Assembly (NCBI GenBank): GCA_032718475.1
Contig: JAUCBJ010003334.1
Span: 1-62,439 of the forward strand
Direction: 5' to 3'
Length of the DNA: 62,439 nucleotides
Origin: Nemertoderma westbladi
Taxonomy: Eukaryota > Animalia > Xenacoelomorpha
The notes under the pieces are model-generated. The model saw only the letters and a list, made by a program, of their open reading frames with translations, ran no database searches and had not been told where the DNA came from. Positions 1 to 13,015 of the stretch are shown here, piece after piece. The position numbers were made by a program, and so were the translations under genes. How positions within the stretch are numbered: the stretch's first letter is position 1; each line of letters begins with the position of its first letter.

Positions 1-114
1 ACTGTTGTTACAGTCAGACAGTGGCTGTACCCGTAGTCATGACTAATACTGGTTTTACTTACTGCTGTACTGACTCATGTAAATATTAAACGTTGAGAGA
101 CTACGCTCTCCACA
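1..114 (+). repeat. 5' LTR (3' part) of Gypsy element 1
   Basis: Ends ...GCTCTCCACA; matches 4137-4250 with 5 substitutions. Confidence 0.95.
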
Positions 115-115
115 T

Positions 116-131
116 TGGTGACCCAGACTTG
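116..131 (+). promoter_or_regulatory. Primer-binding site, tRNA-Trp-like
   Basis: TGGTGACCCAGACTTG one base after the LTR end; resembles the complement of the tRNA-Trp 3' end (TGGTGACCCCGACGTG) with mismatches. Confidence 0.7.
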
Positions 132-173
132 CGCGAACGGATTTCGCGTACAGGCGTAGCTCTGTAGCTACCG

Positions 174-863
174 ATGGCTAACGACCTCAACGCGGTCGCC
201 ATCAAACTGCCCCCGTTCTGGACGGAAAACCCATCCGTCTGGTTCGCGCAGGTGGAGGCCCAGTTCCAACTCCGGAGGATTGTCGACGACTCGACAAAGT
301 ACTATCACGTCGTCGCCTCTCTCGACCAGCCGACCGCCGCTCGCCTCCTCGACACACTCACCGCTCCGCCTACAGATGGGAAGTACGAGGGACTGAAGGC
401 GAGGCTCCTCGGGACTTTCGCCCTGAGTCGGCGGGAGCGCGCTGCGAGACTCCTCCATATGCGTGGGCTGGGCGACCGCAAGCCGTCCGAACTCATGGAC
501 GAGATGCTGGGGCTCCTCACCGGGCACACGCCGTGTTTGCTGTTCGAGCAACTCTTCCTCGAACAGCTCCCCGAGGACATTCGGCTACAAATCTCCAACG
601 ACTCTTTCGAGGACCCCCGCGCCCTGGCTGCGACCGCCGACGTTCTTTGGTTGGCCAAACGCCAGGGACAATCCCAACTGGCCGGCGTGAACAGGGGGAT
701 GACAAACTCGCGTCGCCCCAGGGACTCCTCCACAAACTCCTCCGGCACTGCTCAGCCTGACACCAAAAGCGTGTGTTACTACCACGCTCGGTTCGGTAGC
801 GCTGCCAAGCAGTGCAAGGCGCCGTGTTCCTTCCCGGGAAACGCCCCGACCAGCCGACGGTAG
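174..863 (+). CDS. gag: Gag protein
   Basis: KLPPFW...[10 protein letters not shown]-terminus, [12 protein letters not shown]-terminal [18 protein letters not shown] zinc motif typical of invertebrate Gypsy gag. Confidence 0.93.
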   Translation: MANDLNAVAIKLPPFWTENPSVWFAQVEAQFQLRRIVDDSTKYYHVVASLDQPTAARLLDTLTAPPTDGKYEGLKARLLGTFALSRRERAARLLHMRGLGDRKPSELMDEMLGLLTGHTPCLLFEQLFLEQLPEDIRLQISNDSFEDPRALAATADVLWLAKRQGQSQLAGVNRGMTNSRRPRDSSTNSSGTAQPDTKSVCYYHARFGSAAKQCKAPCSFPGNAPTSRR

Positions 864-3800
864 CCGCGGCGTCGACTGGTCGATACAAACAGCGGGATAA
901 CCTCCTCTACCTCTGGGACCGGAACTCCGGGCGCCACTTCCTCGTGGACACCGGCGCCCAGGTGAGTGTGTTCCCCGCCAGCGGATTCGACACCCGTTCC
1001 GGACGTACTGGGCCGCCGCTCCGCGCCGTCAACGGATCATCGATTCGTTCCTACGGGACGCGCTCTATCCCCCTGCGGTTCAACGACCGGCGGACCCACT
1101 GGGACTTCGTCATCGCAGACGTCCCCCAACCGTTGCTTGGGGCTGATTTCCTCTGCGACCACGCCCTGATGGTTGACGTTAAGGGGCAGCAACTCATCGA
1201 CATGGAAACTTTCCAGCCGATCCCCCTCCGTTGCTCCTCCTCCACCATCCCGGGAACCCATCCTCACCTCGCGTCGACCTCCGTGGACCGAGTTTACTCC
1301 GACCTCCTGGCGGAGTTCTCCTCCATCACGACGCCGACCTTCTCGGACTCGTCTACTCGCCACGGCGTGGAGCATTACATCCCGACCGCCGGTCGCCCCG
1401 TCCACGCCCGCGCTCGACGACTCCCGCCGGATAAACTCGAGATCGCGCGGGCGGAGTTCAGCAAGATGGAGGAGATGGGGATTATTCGCCGTTCGAATAG
1501 TCCCTGGTCGTCTCCCCTCCATATGGCGCCCAAGCCGGCCGGGGGTTGGCGCCCCTGCGGGGACTACCGTCTCCTCAACGACGCCACGACCCCCGATCGC
1601 TACCCAGTCCCGCACATCCAGGACTTCTCGGCGCGTCTCGCCGGGGCCACGATCTTCTCTAAGGTCGACCTGGTGCGGGGCTACCACCAGATCCCCGTGG
1701 CCCCCGGCGACGTTCCCAAGACCGCCGTTATCACTCCGTTCGGACTCTTCGAGTTTGTCCGGATGCCGTTCGGCCTCAAGAACGCCGCCCAGGCCTTCCA
1801 ACGCCTGATGGACTCCGTCTGCGCTGGGTTGGACTTCCTCTTCGCGTACCTGGACGACATTCTCATCGCAAGCGCGACCCCCGAGGAACACCTCGTCCAC
1901 CTCCGCCAACTCTTCCAACGACTCCAGGACAACGGCCTCGTCGTCAACCTGGCGAAGTGCGAGTTCGGGGTGGCGGAGATCCAGTTCCTCGGACACATCG
2001 TCAACGAGTCCGGAGTCCATCCGCTCCCGGACAAAGTGGAAGCCGTCCGCTCCTTCCCTCGTCCAACCACCACTAAAGGGTTGCGGGAATTTATCGGTAT
2101 GGTAACGTTTTACCACCGATTTATTCCCGCAGCTGCTGCCACCATGCAGCCCCTTTATGCCGCCGTCGCCACCAAGGTTAAGGACGTCGACTGGACTCCC
2201 GAACTCACCGCCGCTTTCGAGTCCTCCAAGCGGGCCCTCGCGGACGCCACCATGCTCGTCCACCCCCGCCACGACGCCCCAACCTCCATCACCACCGACG
2301 CCTCCGACTCCGCAGTCGGCGCGGCCCTCGAGCAGTGGTCCGATGGGAAGTGGCGGCCGCTCGCCTTCTTCAGCCGCCAACTCCGCCCTCCGGAACGGAA
2401 GTACAGCGCCTACGACCGCGAACTCCTCGGCCTGTACCTCGCGGTCCGCCACTTCCGGTATTTCCTAGAGGGCCGTCCGTTTGTGGCCTATACGGACCAC
2501 AAACCGCTGACCCACGCGTTCGCCAAGGTCACTGACCCCTGGTCTCCCCGTCAACAGCGCCACCTGGCGTACATATCTGAGTTCACCACCAATGTACGTC
2601 ATGTTGACGGGAAGGACAACCAGGTCGCGGACGCCCTCTCTCGCAGCTTCGTGGGCCATCTGTCGACCCAACTCGGGGTCGACTATAAGGCCATGTCGGC
2701 CGCCCAACGGGAGGACGACGAACTACAGGCCTTCCGGGCAAACCCTGGTAGCCTCGATCTACGTGACGTCACACTCGCGGACGATGACGTCACGCTCCTC
2801 TGTGACGTCTCTACGGGCCGACCTCGGCCGATAGTCCCCAGCACGTGGCGCCGCCACATGTTCGATGTGGTACATTCGCTGTCCCACCCATCAATCCGCT
2901 CCACTAGGAAACTCCTCTCCGAGCGTTTCGTCTGGCACGGCCTGTCCAAACAAGTGACGAGCTGGGCCAAGGCTTGCGTCGCCTGCCAGACCTCTAAGGT
3001 TCAACGCCATATAAAGGCCCCCCTCGAGACATTCTCTGTTCCTCGACGCCGGTTCGACCATGTCAACGTCGACCTGGTAGGGCCCCTCCCTCCATCCAGA
3101 GGCTCCACCTACCTGTTTACGATCGTCGACCGGACTACTCGTTGGCCCGAGGCCATCCCGCTCGCCGACTCCACAACCGAGAGCTGCGCCCGCGCTCTCG
3201 TCGCCCACTGGATCGCCCGGTTCGGCGTACCGGTCGAACTATCCTCCGACCGCGGCAGTCAGTTCACCTCGGAGTTGTGGGCCGACGTCAATAGACTCTT
3301 CGGCACCAAACTCCACCGGACGACGGCCTACCATCCGCAGGCAAACGGCCTGGTGGAACGGTTCCACCGTTCCCTCAAGGCCTCCCTTAGAGCCCGACTA
3401 ACTGGACCAAACTGGGTCGACGAACTGCCATGGGCCCTTCTGGGCTACCGGACCGCCCCCAAAGAGGACCTCCACTGCTCGTCGGCCGAGCTGGTCTACG
3501 GCGAGCCACTGACGGTGCCTGGCGACTTCGTTGCCTCGCCAACCGACCCTCCGAACTCGACAGCTTTCCTCCCGGGCCTCCGCAACCACGCACGGCAGTT
3601 CATGCCCACACCAACCTCCCGTCATGGCCAACCCAACTCGTCAGTGCCGTCACAACTAACAACCAGTGACTATGTCTTTTTACGCACTGATGCTCACCGC
3701 GCTCCCTTACAGCGGCCCTACACCGGGCCGTACAAGGTCGTACAGCGCGGCTCAAAGACGTTCGTCATCGAGGTGGGCGGGCGTCAGGAGACCGTCTCCA

Positions 3801-3997
3801 TCGACAGACTCAAACCGGCCCACCTCGCTATCGATGAACCCGTCATTGTGGCCATCCCACCGCGCCGTGGTCGACCACCTACAGTGACACCCCCGGACCT
3901 CCCTCCCCCCAGTCCCTGCAATTCACCCGAACCACCGCAAACTACCATAGCAACTCGAAGTGGGCGGGCCATCCGGCAGCCGGACTATTTTTATTAA
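812..3997 (+). CDS. pol: Pol polyprotein (protease, RT, RNase H, integrase), probably made as a Gag-Pol fusion
   Basis: LVDTGA protease, YLDD RT, TDAS...ELL...TDH RNase H, HSLSHP...CVAC, DLVGP/SDRGSQF/VERF integrase, GPY motif. Confidence 0.98.
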   Translation: MQGAVFLPGKRPDQPTVAAASTGRYKQRDNLLYLWDRNSGRHFLVDTGAQVSVFPASGFDTRSGRTGPPLRAVNGSSIRSYGTRSIPLRFNDRRTHWDFVIADVPQPLLGADFLCDHALMVDVKGQQLIDMETFQPIPLRCSSSTIPGTHPHLASTSVDRVYSDLLAEFSSITTPTFSDSSTRHGVEHYIPTAGRPVHARARRLPPDKLEIARAEFSKMEEMGIIRRSNSPWSSPLHMAPKPAGGWRPCGDYRLLNDATTPDRYPVPHIQDFSARLAGATIFSKVDLVRGYHQIPVAPGDVPKTAVITPFGLFEFVRMPFGLKNAAQAFQRLMDSVCAGLDFLFAYLDDILIASATPEEHLVHLRQLFQRLQDNGLVVNLAKCEFGVAEIQFLGHIVNESGVHPLPDKVEAVRSFPRPTTTKGLREFIGMVTFYHRFIPAAAATMQPLYAAVATKVKDVDWTPELTAAFESSKRALADATMLVHPRHDAPTSITTDASDSAVGAALEQWSDGKWRPLAFFSRQLRPPERKYSAYDRELLGLYLAVRHFRYFLEGRPFVAYTDHKPLTHAFAKVTDPWSPRQQRHLAYISEFTTNVRHVDGKDNQVADALSRSFVGHLSTQLGVDYKAMSAAQREDDELQAFRANPGSLDLRDVTLADDDVTLLCDVSTGRPRPIVPSTWRRHMFDVVHSLSHPSIRSTRKLLSERFVWHGLSKQVTSWAKACVACQTSKVQRHIKAPLETFSVPRRRFDHVNVDLVGPLPPSRGSTYLFTIVDRTTRWPEAIPLADSTTESCARALVAHWIARFGVPVELSSDRGSQFTSELWADVNRLFGTKLHRTTAYHPQANGLVERFHRSLKASLRARLTGPNWVDELPWALLGYRTAPKEDLHCSSAELVYGEPLTVPGDFVASPTDPPNSTAFLPGLRNHARQFMPTPTSRHGQPNSSVPSQLTTSDYVFLRTDAHRAPLQRPYTGPYKVVQRGSKTFVIEVGGRQETVSIDRLKPAHLAIDEPVIVAIPPRRGRPPTVTPPDLPPPSPCNSPEPPQTTIATRSGRAIRQPDYFY
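836..882 (+). promoter_or_regulatory. Programmed -1 ribosomal frameshift signal
   Basis: Slippery G_GGA_AAC (836-842) in the gag frame, followed by a stem-loop (CGACCAG/CTGGTCG, CGACG/CGTCG); pol is in the -1 frame. Confidence 0.85.
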
Positions 3998-4018
3998 TTC
4001 AGGTTCTGGGGGGAGCCA

Positions 4019-4250
4019 TGTAGTGGCCATGTATATATATTAGGGGTCATCGAACCTGAATTGAACTAATACTGTTGTACCTTATTGCAGTATGCACCCA
4101 TGACTGTGCACGGTATCAACTTTCAGTTTCATGGAAACTATTGTTACAGTCAGACAGTGGCTGTACCCGTAGTCATGACTAATACTGATTTTACTTACTG
4201 CTGTTCCGACTCATGCAAATATTAAACGTTGAGAGACTACGCTCTCCACA
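4019..4250 (+). repeat. 3' LTR of Gypsy element 1 (232 bp, TG...CA)
   Basis: Preceded by polypurine tract GGGGGGAG; starts TGTAG, ends CCACA; contains TATATA and ATTAAA. Confidence 0.93.
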
Positions 4251-4660
4251 ACACGCTATTTTTAGGGAGAATAAATTATTTTTTTTGCGTGAAATAATTA
4301 AATTTAGGGAGAAAAAAATGTAGCCAATTTTAATACTAAATGCCATAGAAGCGGTTCATTTTTGTATCTAAGGAATGATGACGGAAAGGGACCGGTACTA
4401 ATGATCAAATTCCACAATAATAAACTAATAAATATACTTAACATTTCGACAATTTATAATGCGGGGAAGTGGAGAAAACCCCCGAATGTTGCCAGTGTAA
4501 ACTTCTCCTTCAATAAACCTAAGGCCATCGATACATGCAATTACAATATGGGTTGCAATATGAGCTTAGTTGACATAACCAACCCAATTATCTGATCAGC
4601 TGATTGCTGCCATAAATCATACAAACTCATGGTCAAAAAACTTGGACTACATTTCACGAT

Positions 4661-5880
4661 TTTAAACTCATTTTATATGCCGACGACAGTGCTCTTATTT
4701 TCTCTCATAAAGATCCTATCCATATTTCCCAAAAGTTAAGTGCAGTTCTAGAATCCTGTAATGAGTGGTTGGTTGATAATAAGCTATCCATTCACTACGG
4801 TAAAACTGAAAGTATTTTGTTTGGTTCCAAAAGAAAGTTAAAGAAGGTAACTAAGTTTGAAGTCACTAGTAATGGACATAAGATTCAAAATAAAAAGGAA
4901 GTTAAATATTTAGGCGCCACATTGGATAACTGCTTATTAGGAGAAAGTACAGTGAAAAATATTTTCTCGAAAGTTAACAGTTGGCTTAGGTTTCTATACA
5001 GAAATAAAAATAGTTTGAACACCGACTCCCGCAAGTTACTTTGCTCTTCTTTAATACAGTGTCACATGGACTATGCGTGCTCTTCTTGGTATGAAGGCTT
5101 AACCAAACAGCTTAAATGTAAATTACAAGTAGCTCAGAATAAAATAGTACGATTTATTAAAGACTACAAACCTAGGCACCACCTAACTCCAGATGACTTT
5201 TCTGAATCTGGACTACTTAACTTAGATAGTAGAGTTAAGCAGCTACGCCTTAACCATGTGCATAGAGTGTATAATGGTAAATGTCCCAATTACCTAAAAC
5301 AAAAATTCAACAGAGTACGCGATACACACTCTTACAGTACCAGAGCTAGTGCTTCAAACTTCTACCTCCCGAATTGTAAATCCTTTGAATCTGATACTTT
5401 CTTTTTTAACGGCATAAAAAATTGGAACGCTCTGCCTAATGAAATTAAAAACCTAAATAATCAACATTCTTTTAAATCTGCAGTTAAATCTCACCTCCGT
5501 GTGCAATGTAAAAATAGGTACAATAGTCCTACAGTAAGTTATTAGTTTATTAATTATTTACTATTTATACTGTAATTACGTTTTATAATAAATTGTTCTG
5601 TACATTACATCTTTATCGTTGAGTCGGGCATTGTCACGCTCTCGGTAAAGTTGTACATGTACATAGTGTAATTACGTTTTATATTGGTTTTAGGTTAGCG
5701 TAGTGTAATATTGTATTTGTAACCAAGTAACATAAAGGACCCCCTTGGAAATAAGCTGCAAAGCTTTAGGGGTAATCCTATATGTTATGTTGGACAATAC
5801 CTTTATACCGGTACATTGTTTGGTGTATTTGTTATTGTTTTTACATAATGTATAAATAAATCTATCTATCTATCTATCTA
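4661..5880 (+). mobile_element. 5'-truncated non-LTR retrotransposon (CR1/L2-group LINE) with (TATC)n tail
   Basis: LYADD at ~4673, ORF 4769-5545 with KYLG and DYAC..W motifs, 3' UTR, AATAAA then a TCTA microsatellite tail; left boundary approximate. Confidence 0.88.
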
Positions 5881-7040
5881 CACTCAATATGGTTATTGCT
5901 CAACACATATCAGATACAAAACAGAGCTGAAAACGCTGAATAGAATTGAATAGAAAACGCTGTTTAGGTTTTCCTAATTTCCTTTTTTGATGCGGATGAA
6001 TACCTGACTTTTCTTTATTATGGGTAAACTGGATAGCTACTACTGGCGCTCCGTACTTTACGATTTCAAGGAAAGCAATTATCTTCTATGCACCATTGCC
6101 ATATCCCCAGATTTTCATACTTCAATAATAAATTGGCTGTTTGAGTAAATAAATAATTTGAATATGACTTTAATAATTGAACAGAAAGTAGCGTTGATTT
6201 TCTAATAGCAGTTAGAGATGTAAAACGTTTTATGCTTTTAATTAATAAACAACAATTTAGGAAATTATCATAAAACTGAAAGAAATACCTACAGTATTAA
6301 ATACATAATCTGAAAATTTACTTCTGGAAAAATTCTAAATATTAATGTTTCAGAATAATAGCTTCTGTTACATTTATTAGGTTAATATGTTTCCACGGGG
6401 AAAAATAATACTATTTCAATAAAAAAGTTGTGATAATAAATTGTTCGATTTCGAATAAATCAATTAAAATTTGATAAATAAAATCTTTTTTTTTTGAATC
6501 TACATATGCAAAATTTAATAACAATAACCGCTATCTGGTTTGATAAGTAATTTTTAGCATTGATTCTCCCATATATTAAACATATAAATCCACTTAAATT
6601 ATCTTTAAAATAAATGTGTAAGTCATTTTTTGATAATTTTTGAAATTACATTTTTTTAATTATTTTACCATTTAAATACATAGTAAATTAACAAAACTTA
6701 ATATCCGTACAACTTAATATGTCTTCTAAGAGATGCGCTTGTTTTTAAATTTTCAGGATGCCCATTTTCTGTAAATTTTTGTCAAGAATAGTACGGCTTG
6801 TATGAATAGTTGACCCCTATGTTACATTTTGTGTCTCACTATATGTATAATTTATATATGTTTACATTACAAACCGTCACACAGTGCTCCCTTATTTTAA
6901 AATTATATTTAGCATATGGGGCTATGACGTAAGTAACTCTTCTATAACGTTTAGTAAGCTTAAAATCCTTGTGGGATGTCCGCCTATCTGTCTAATTCAA
7001 TGTTTCAACATCAATATTACAGCAATTATTTATTTTATCT

Positions 7041-7340
7041 GTGCTCATGGATGAAGAAAGATGTTCGGTAGATGACCCCCGCATCCGCAAAATGAAAGCA
7101 TCCTTAAAGCTCTTTAAATTGCAGCTTTTCCGTGCAGCTGTGGAGGAAATTACAACTAGTAATTTTGCGGTTCTATGGCAATCCTTGCTGGGCTCTCGCA
7201 GATTTACAGATGATCCTCTTAGATAGTGTAGCTGAAAACAGAACCTTGAATTGGAAAAAAAATGCAATACCAAACCAAATTCTACATCATTTTGAATATG
7301 CCAAGCAACCCGCAATAGTAAATACGATTCCATTTTCATG
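7041..7340 (+). pseudogene. Possible decayed P-element/THAP9-like transposase remnant
   Basis: SVDDPRI and LLGSRRFTDDPL resemble DDPRL and LLTxRxxQDPLE segments of P-type transposases; short and disrupted. Confidence 0.3.
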
Positions 7341-9482
7341 AGTTTTTACTCTCTCTTTATTACAAATTAATCCAAAATTAATGTAATTATTAATTAATAC
7401 TTAGATATTTTAATGAGAACTGATACTAAATGACTATTTTCATTATAACTGTATTATAAAGTAGCACTTTGCAGAGTGCTATTCCGAGTGATCCAGAGAT
7501 CGATAGTGGTAAAGTACAATTAATAGGCCTACATATAACAACTAATTAGTCAGAAACTACATGAGTTATAGTTTATAATTCTATTTTTAGCGAGGTAACC
7601 AAAACGATGGTAAAGCCATGTGAAGAAGTTTGAGGTTTAGGTTCAGTTTCATTGTAAAGCTCGCAAGCAATGCAATGTATCGTCTCTCTTGACTTTACAA
7701 ATATATTATATTAGGCCAGTAGTGCTACTCTTGTGCTACTGTACAAGTAATGCTTGCTATATAACAAAATGATTTTTTGTGTATATTTTTTAGAAGACAA
7801 AATTAAAGTATAAAAGTAATAATGACCATTGACTTCTTTATTCCAACATATGGAGCTTAGTAAAATTAATTAATTAATTAATAATAACTTTCTGTTTAAA
7901 TTTTGTATAAATTCATAAGAAATAGAGGTTGGTGTCCCCCCTATAGACTTCAATGTTTTCAACAAAATCAGCACATAACTATCACATTACCATATAACCA
8001 TAACCACAGTATTAACATACATCTTTGATGTTAGTTATTGAGTCAGGATCCTATTCTCGCAATTCGTCACTACTTGCTGACTTTTAGTTATGTAGAATAA
8101 CGTAAAAAATATTAATTTGCTTTGTTGCAGTGTGTAGGAATACCAAATTAGTGTGAAAAGCTGTTTGATACAATTTGGTTAACTTTAATGAGATTCCAGG
8201 TCTGTCGAATTACTTTTTATATCCAAGGACATATACATAGGGATCATGGATGGCACTACCACTATCAGTGTATGTTTTTATATCGAATCATTAATAAGAT
8301 ATAAAGGGATGCCTGCCGCATATGGAAATTTTCGTACATCAAAGGGACCACATATGGAAAAGTTAGTTCTCTGTTAATGATCTGCTCACCTCCTAAACAG
8401 AAAGCTAACAGAGAACATATTAACAGCGAACTAAAATAGGACAATTAATTACTCACCTAATATGCGTTCTCTGATAAAACCCTCTGTTAGTGTTCTCGTA
8501 AGTTAACAGAATACATTAACAGAGAACCAATTGCTCATTGCCCCTGGATGGACTGATACTCAAACCATATTTAATTACAAAGCAACAACATTTACCATTT
8601 TCTCTTCAGTATGGGTTACCAACAACGAGTGTCTGGAGAATACAACAAACAAGTTACTATCAGATGCCAAACTGGGTTTAATGGAAACAGAAAGGAAGTT
8701 TCGCGGGTTGTTACTTTACGAAATCCTGGGTTTGTATTGCATTTTATTTTTAATTAATCGTTTAAGATTTAAAATTGAGAGTAACATTAAATGACATACT
8801 CAACCAACATGTGTGGGTGTCAGTGTTTGATGTATATGATCAGAATATAAAATAATTTAAGTTCTAACTAACGAACTGAACGACCATTCACAATCAAATG
8901 TAGTATACACTGATCTATTTCGCACGTTGTAGGAAATGTACATTTTGTAACATTAGGTCAAACTTAGCAGGGCTCAGTCTGCATAATACCTCATAAAGCT
9001 GAAGTACCACTTTGCAGCATTGAATTACTTCACAATTCAATGTCTCTTTAGTCATTCTCGGTAGCTACTCCTGACAACTTTCACACTTTGAAACCATTTG
9101 TGTAATATCATTGGTGATGCCTTGTCAAAACACTGCAGATCGCACTTTTATTTGCTTGTGTCATACCTCTAAGGAATGCGTGCAAGCATTCTAGAACATT
9201 TCTATGCATTAGTGCTGGGATTAGTAACCGTTGTCCAAAAAATACAAGTCCATTGTCAACTGATAAGTCATTCCTCATTGACTTCATTTGTTGTACTAAA
9301 TGTATTATATTTTATTAAACCCATCATGAATTTCAGAAACTAGTTCACAATAATTGGGATTTTTGACAGCATCATCTCATATTTTCTCTATGATAGGATC
9401 GGGAATATTATTATCCACCTATCAACTTTATCACATTCCTTGACTTGTGTAGTTGTAGCTGTCAATGTCCATTTAATGTTGT

Positions 9483-9543
9483 AATCCATCTCATTGTCCT
9501 CAAATCCATCTCATTGTCCTCAAATCCATCTCATTGTCCTCAA
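9483..9543. repeat. 20-bp tandem repeat x3 (AATCCATCTCATTGTCCTCA)
   Basis: Directly visible. Confidence 0.9.
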
Positions 9544-9663
9544 AATCTGGGTCATTAACTTAATATATTTATCAGTCAGTGATTGTGTGGTCCTTGCTGG
9601 CCCCGCCACTCCAGCTGAAATTAATATTGGGATGAGATGTTCTCTTTAATATTTTGAAGTTTC

Positions 9664-10822
9664 TGTAAAAGCTTTTGCGTAATTAACCGGTTATTTTCCC
9701 TTAAAGTACTCTGTAGTTGGTTTGCCAGGCATAAAAAGGCCGTGTCCTTGCTGTACTGGTGTTTTAGAGGACATAAAAGTCATTTCTTCTGTATTTGTAC
9801 TTTAGAGGACATAATCCGCAATTTCGGGACGCAATAAGCTCGATACTCTTGAAAACAGTGTCGCTACCATGACGACGGCTAACAGCTGATATTGCCACGT
9901 CGACATTTCTTTGTTTCTTTGTTCTCTCGTTGTTCGGTTGACCAATCAGAGCGTTTTTTGTCTCTGTGTTGGAGGTGGATACAGAACTCAGTAATTCAGT
10001 GTTATGTTTTTGCCCAGAGCCTAAGAACATCGGCTTTTGGCACCTCCGTATATCAGCATTCTTTAGCTTTACATTAGTAGGCTTAATTATAGAACGTATA
10101 TCTGTTATCGAGTCATCTCAGTTAACAATCCATAACTTACTTACCATATCTTATTAATATTACTGCTTTTACTGTCGGTTATTCGTTATATTTGTTGATG
10201 AAATATTATATCGGAATACTGATCAATAATCAGACACCCCACCTTCTTGATATACTAAAGGTTAGAGAGACCGGTTACAGATAAACGATTGCGACCTATG
10301 TTAAGTGGTTTGAAGTGAATCTAATGCTATTTGATAAGCACTACATGGGTCCGTTGCTGTTCTCTTTATATATGATAAAATTTAGTGAAGGTCGGCAGAT
10401 TAGTGTGCAGTATTGTGCAGCATTGTGTATGAGTGTAACTGATAACAAAGCATCTCCTAAAGAATGCGCCATATACGTTAATCTATAGCCTTTTCGTTGT
10501 GTCTAGTTTAAGTCATAACTCTGTTTACATATTTAGAGCGCCACGTCCTAAAGGAACTGTTAATATTTCCCGAAAGTGAATAATATTTGTCAGAGATTAT
10601 ATATTACGATCAGTCGAATAATACGGTAGGCTTACACCATCAATCATTAAGCTTCCGAATTCAGTCTCCCGGGTATATCCAGCGGGTGAATGATTGCGCA
10701 TAGACTGGCTTCGGCTAATGTAGTGTGTCAAATACTCGTCATAAGCTAAAGAATATATATCATCCAAAAGACATTCTAATTTTGGCAGGTTAAACTGTCA
10801 AAGGTCTTCAAAAGCGCAAACA
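9664..10822 (+). repeat. 5' LTR of BEL/Pao element 1
   Basis: TGTAAAAG...GCGCAAACA; about 3 substitutions noticed versus 27091-28249. Confidence 0.97.
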
Positions 10823-11096
10823 ATAACAGATATTGCTTCTGGATTGCGGTGTAAGCAATCTAGTCGAAAGTACCGGTCGACCGGTAACCAGTAGGCCTGA
10901 CTGCCTGATCATCCGGACCGGTACCTACAGTAGTACAGGTACAGCAGTATTATTCGATTGTGGTATTGTATACCGGTAGGCTGTTTAAGAGATTAGGGAC
11001 TGTACACCCCTTGTTTCTTTTAGAGCTTACTTATTTCTGTCAGTTTTATTTATTTGTAGGCCAGTATTGAGCAGAAGGCGTGTAAGCCTGCTCAGA

Positions 11097-11650
11097 TTGT
11101 ACAGCTAATTTGTAGGCTTGACTGTTGGCTAACTGTTGTTAAGTCTGAACGGATTGCAGTGCATGTAGAGTGTATGTCCGATAAAGAACGGTTAGGAAGT
11201 AGGGCCAGCCATAGCTGTAAGGTAAACCCCCATCTAAAGAATAAGTCGTACTACTGGGTTAGAACGCTACTACTTAACCATTTCGGAGTCTGCATGTCCT
11301 GTAGTGTATTTGGGCTTGATAGTAGTCTGCCATCGTTTAGTCTGTATTTTGTTTGTGTAGTCTGTACGGGTAGTGTATAATTTTATTTAGATAATTTGTA
11401 GGCTGGATAGTTGTCTGGCTATTGTTGGGTTTGAGGAAATTTCGGTGTGTGTAGAGCATCTGTCCGATAAAGTGCTAAGTTAGGAAAGTAGGGGCTTCAT
11501 ATGCTGTGAGGTAAACCCCCTGTGAAAGAATAAGTCGTACTACTGGGTTAGAACGCATACTAACTAATCATTTCGGAGTCTGCATATACCGTAGTTTGTT
11601 TAGGCTTGATAGTAGTCTGTCAGTATTTGGTCTGCATTTTGTTTGAGTAG
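11097..11650 (+). ncRNA. Two tandem ~270-nt long stem-loop RNA units in the 5' leader
   Basis: Diverged direct repeats (~286-bp period); each pairs end-to-end using G-U pairs and compensatory changes. Confidence 0.65.
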
Positions 11651-12629
11651 TTTGTACGCGTAGCGTAATATTTATTATTCAGAGTTTATGCGATTATTCG
11701 CAACATTCATATCCCCAAGTTTATTCCTACAGTAATTGTGTTTGTTATACATACCGTTATAGTTAAACTAACCCCGGTACTACATCAGGGCTGCTCGGCG
11801 TAGGTAAAGACTGGAGATTTTGTGCTTTGGTCACTCCGGCAGATACCGTGGTTCTTTTAGCTGTTCAAGTATTTTTAACTACTGATTATTTGTTGTACAA
11901 GTACTTGTACCTAATTTAGGGTTTAGTGTACAGTGCTTTCCAAAAGCAATTAGTGTGTAGGCAGTATATTTGTGTTGTAAAGTGGTTAATAGGCACGTTG
12001 GTTCTGGTAGACCGCGGTAATTAATCTCTAGGTAGGAACACTCCGTGATACATAACGTAGTACCTATAGCGATACGGTTATAGGTCGTCAGGCGGTGGTA
12101 TTTTCCTATCTGGACAACGCAGTATATTTACTACTACTTATTATTTTCAAATACCGTAGTAACCTGTCCGTTGTAATAACCAGATATTCTAACCCTTTGT
12201 TAGGCTGGTTAGTAGACTTCTTGTAAAATTACCCTAAAAATTCGTATTTGTGTATTTGTAATTAAATTTTTGTGTTTATTTAGAGATTGTAATCTCAACC
12301 CGAATTGTACGTAATTTGTAGTATTAAGTAACTTAGGTAAATTAGAATTATTTGTTTTAGTGTCTAACAAGTAGCACTCCACTGAGAGCGCACAGCTTAT
12401 GTGTAGTGACTCCCCCAGAAATAATAACATTTATTTCAAACGTTGACGAAACCCATTAAACGGGTATATATATATTATAAATCAACCCAAACGATTTATA
12501 AATAGTAGGCCTGCCTTACAACAATTAGGTCTCAATATCAGTTGGAATACTGCTCAAATAACGGTAATAAAGTAAGTTAAAGTAACCAAGTAACCCTTAA
12601 AATTCAGAAATTCAATTATTCTAAAATAA

Positions 12630-12885
12630 TTGACATACCGGTATTTACAATAGGCTTATTACATTTATTTCTATAAATTTTAGGTTGAAATCATACCGGT
12701 ATTCTGTAATTAATTCTAGTTAATAATTATACTTATATATACTATAAGTGTAAACTGCATACCGGTATTCACGATAGGCCTATTATATATTTATATATAT
12801 TTGTGCTAAAATTACCTACCGGTATTCTGTGATAACCTAGTCTGTAATAAAATTTATATATACTATAAGCATACCGGTATTCTAA
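12630..12885. repeat. Degenerate ~60-bp tandem repeats centred on palindromic TACCGGTA
   Basis: TACCGGTATT at ~12637, 12694, 12761, 12817, 12872. Confidence 0.7.
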
Positions 12886-13015
12886 TATATTATATATATC
12901 ACGCTACACTGAGTAGCAGTATCGGTAATTAATTACTAGGCTAGCAGTTAATACTGAATTACTAGACTTGCTTAGACTGTAATATAGCAGTAGGTATACA
13001 ACTGTACAAACAAAC

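Larger units (their letters stand above)
1..4250 (+). mobile_element. Ty3/Gypsy LTR retrotransposon, apparently coding-intact (5' LTR cut by window edge)
   Basis: LTR-PBS-gag-pol(PR-RT-RH-IN)-PPT-LTR order; 1-114 repeats the end of 4019-4250. Confidence 0.97.

Noticed and set aside
1037-2452. 471-aa antisense ORF and other shadow ORFs in the Gypsy elements
   Set aside because: Expected from GC-rich codon usage on the opposite strand; no motifs
5881-9660. Host exons in the AT-rich interval
   Set aside because: Only short ORFs without recognisable motifs; small exons cannot be excluded without RNA data
9764-10157. Short ORFs repeated at 27191-27584
   Set aside because: Identity only reflects LTR duplication; no coding signature
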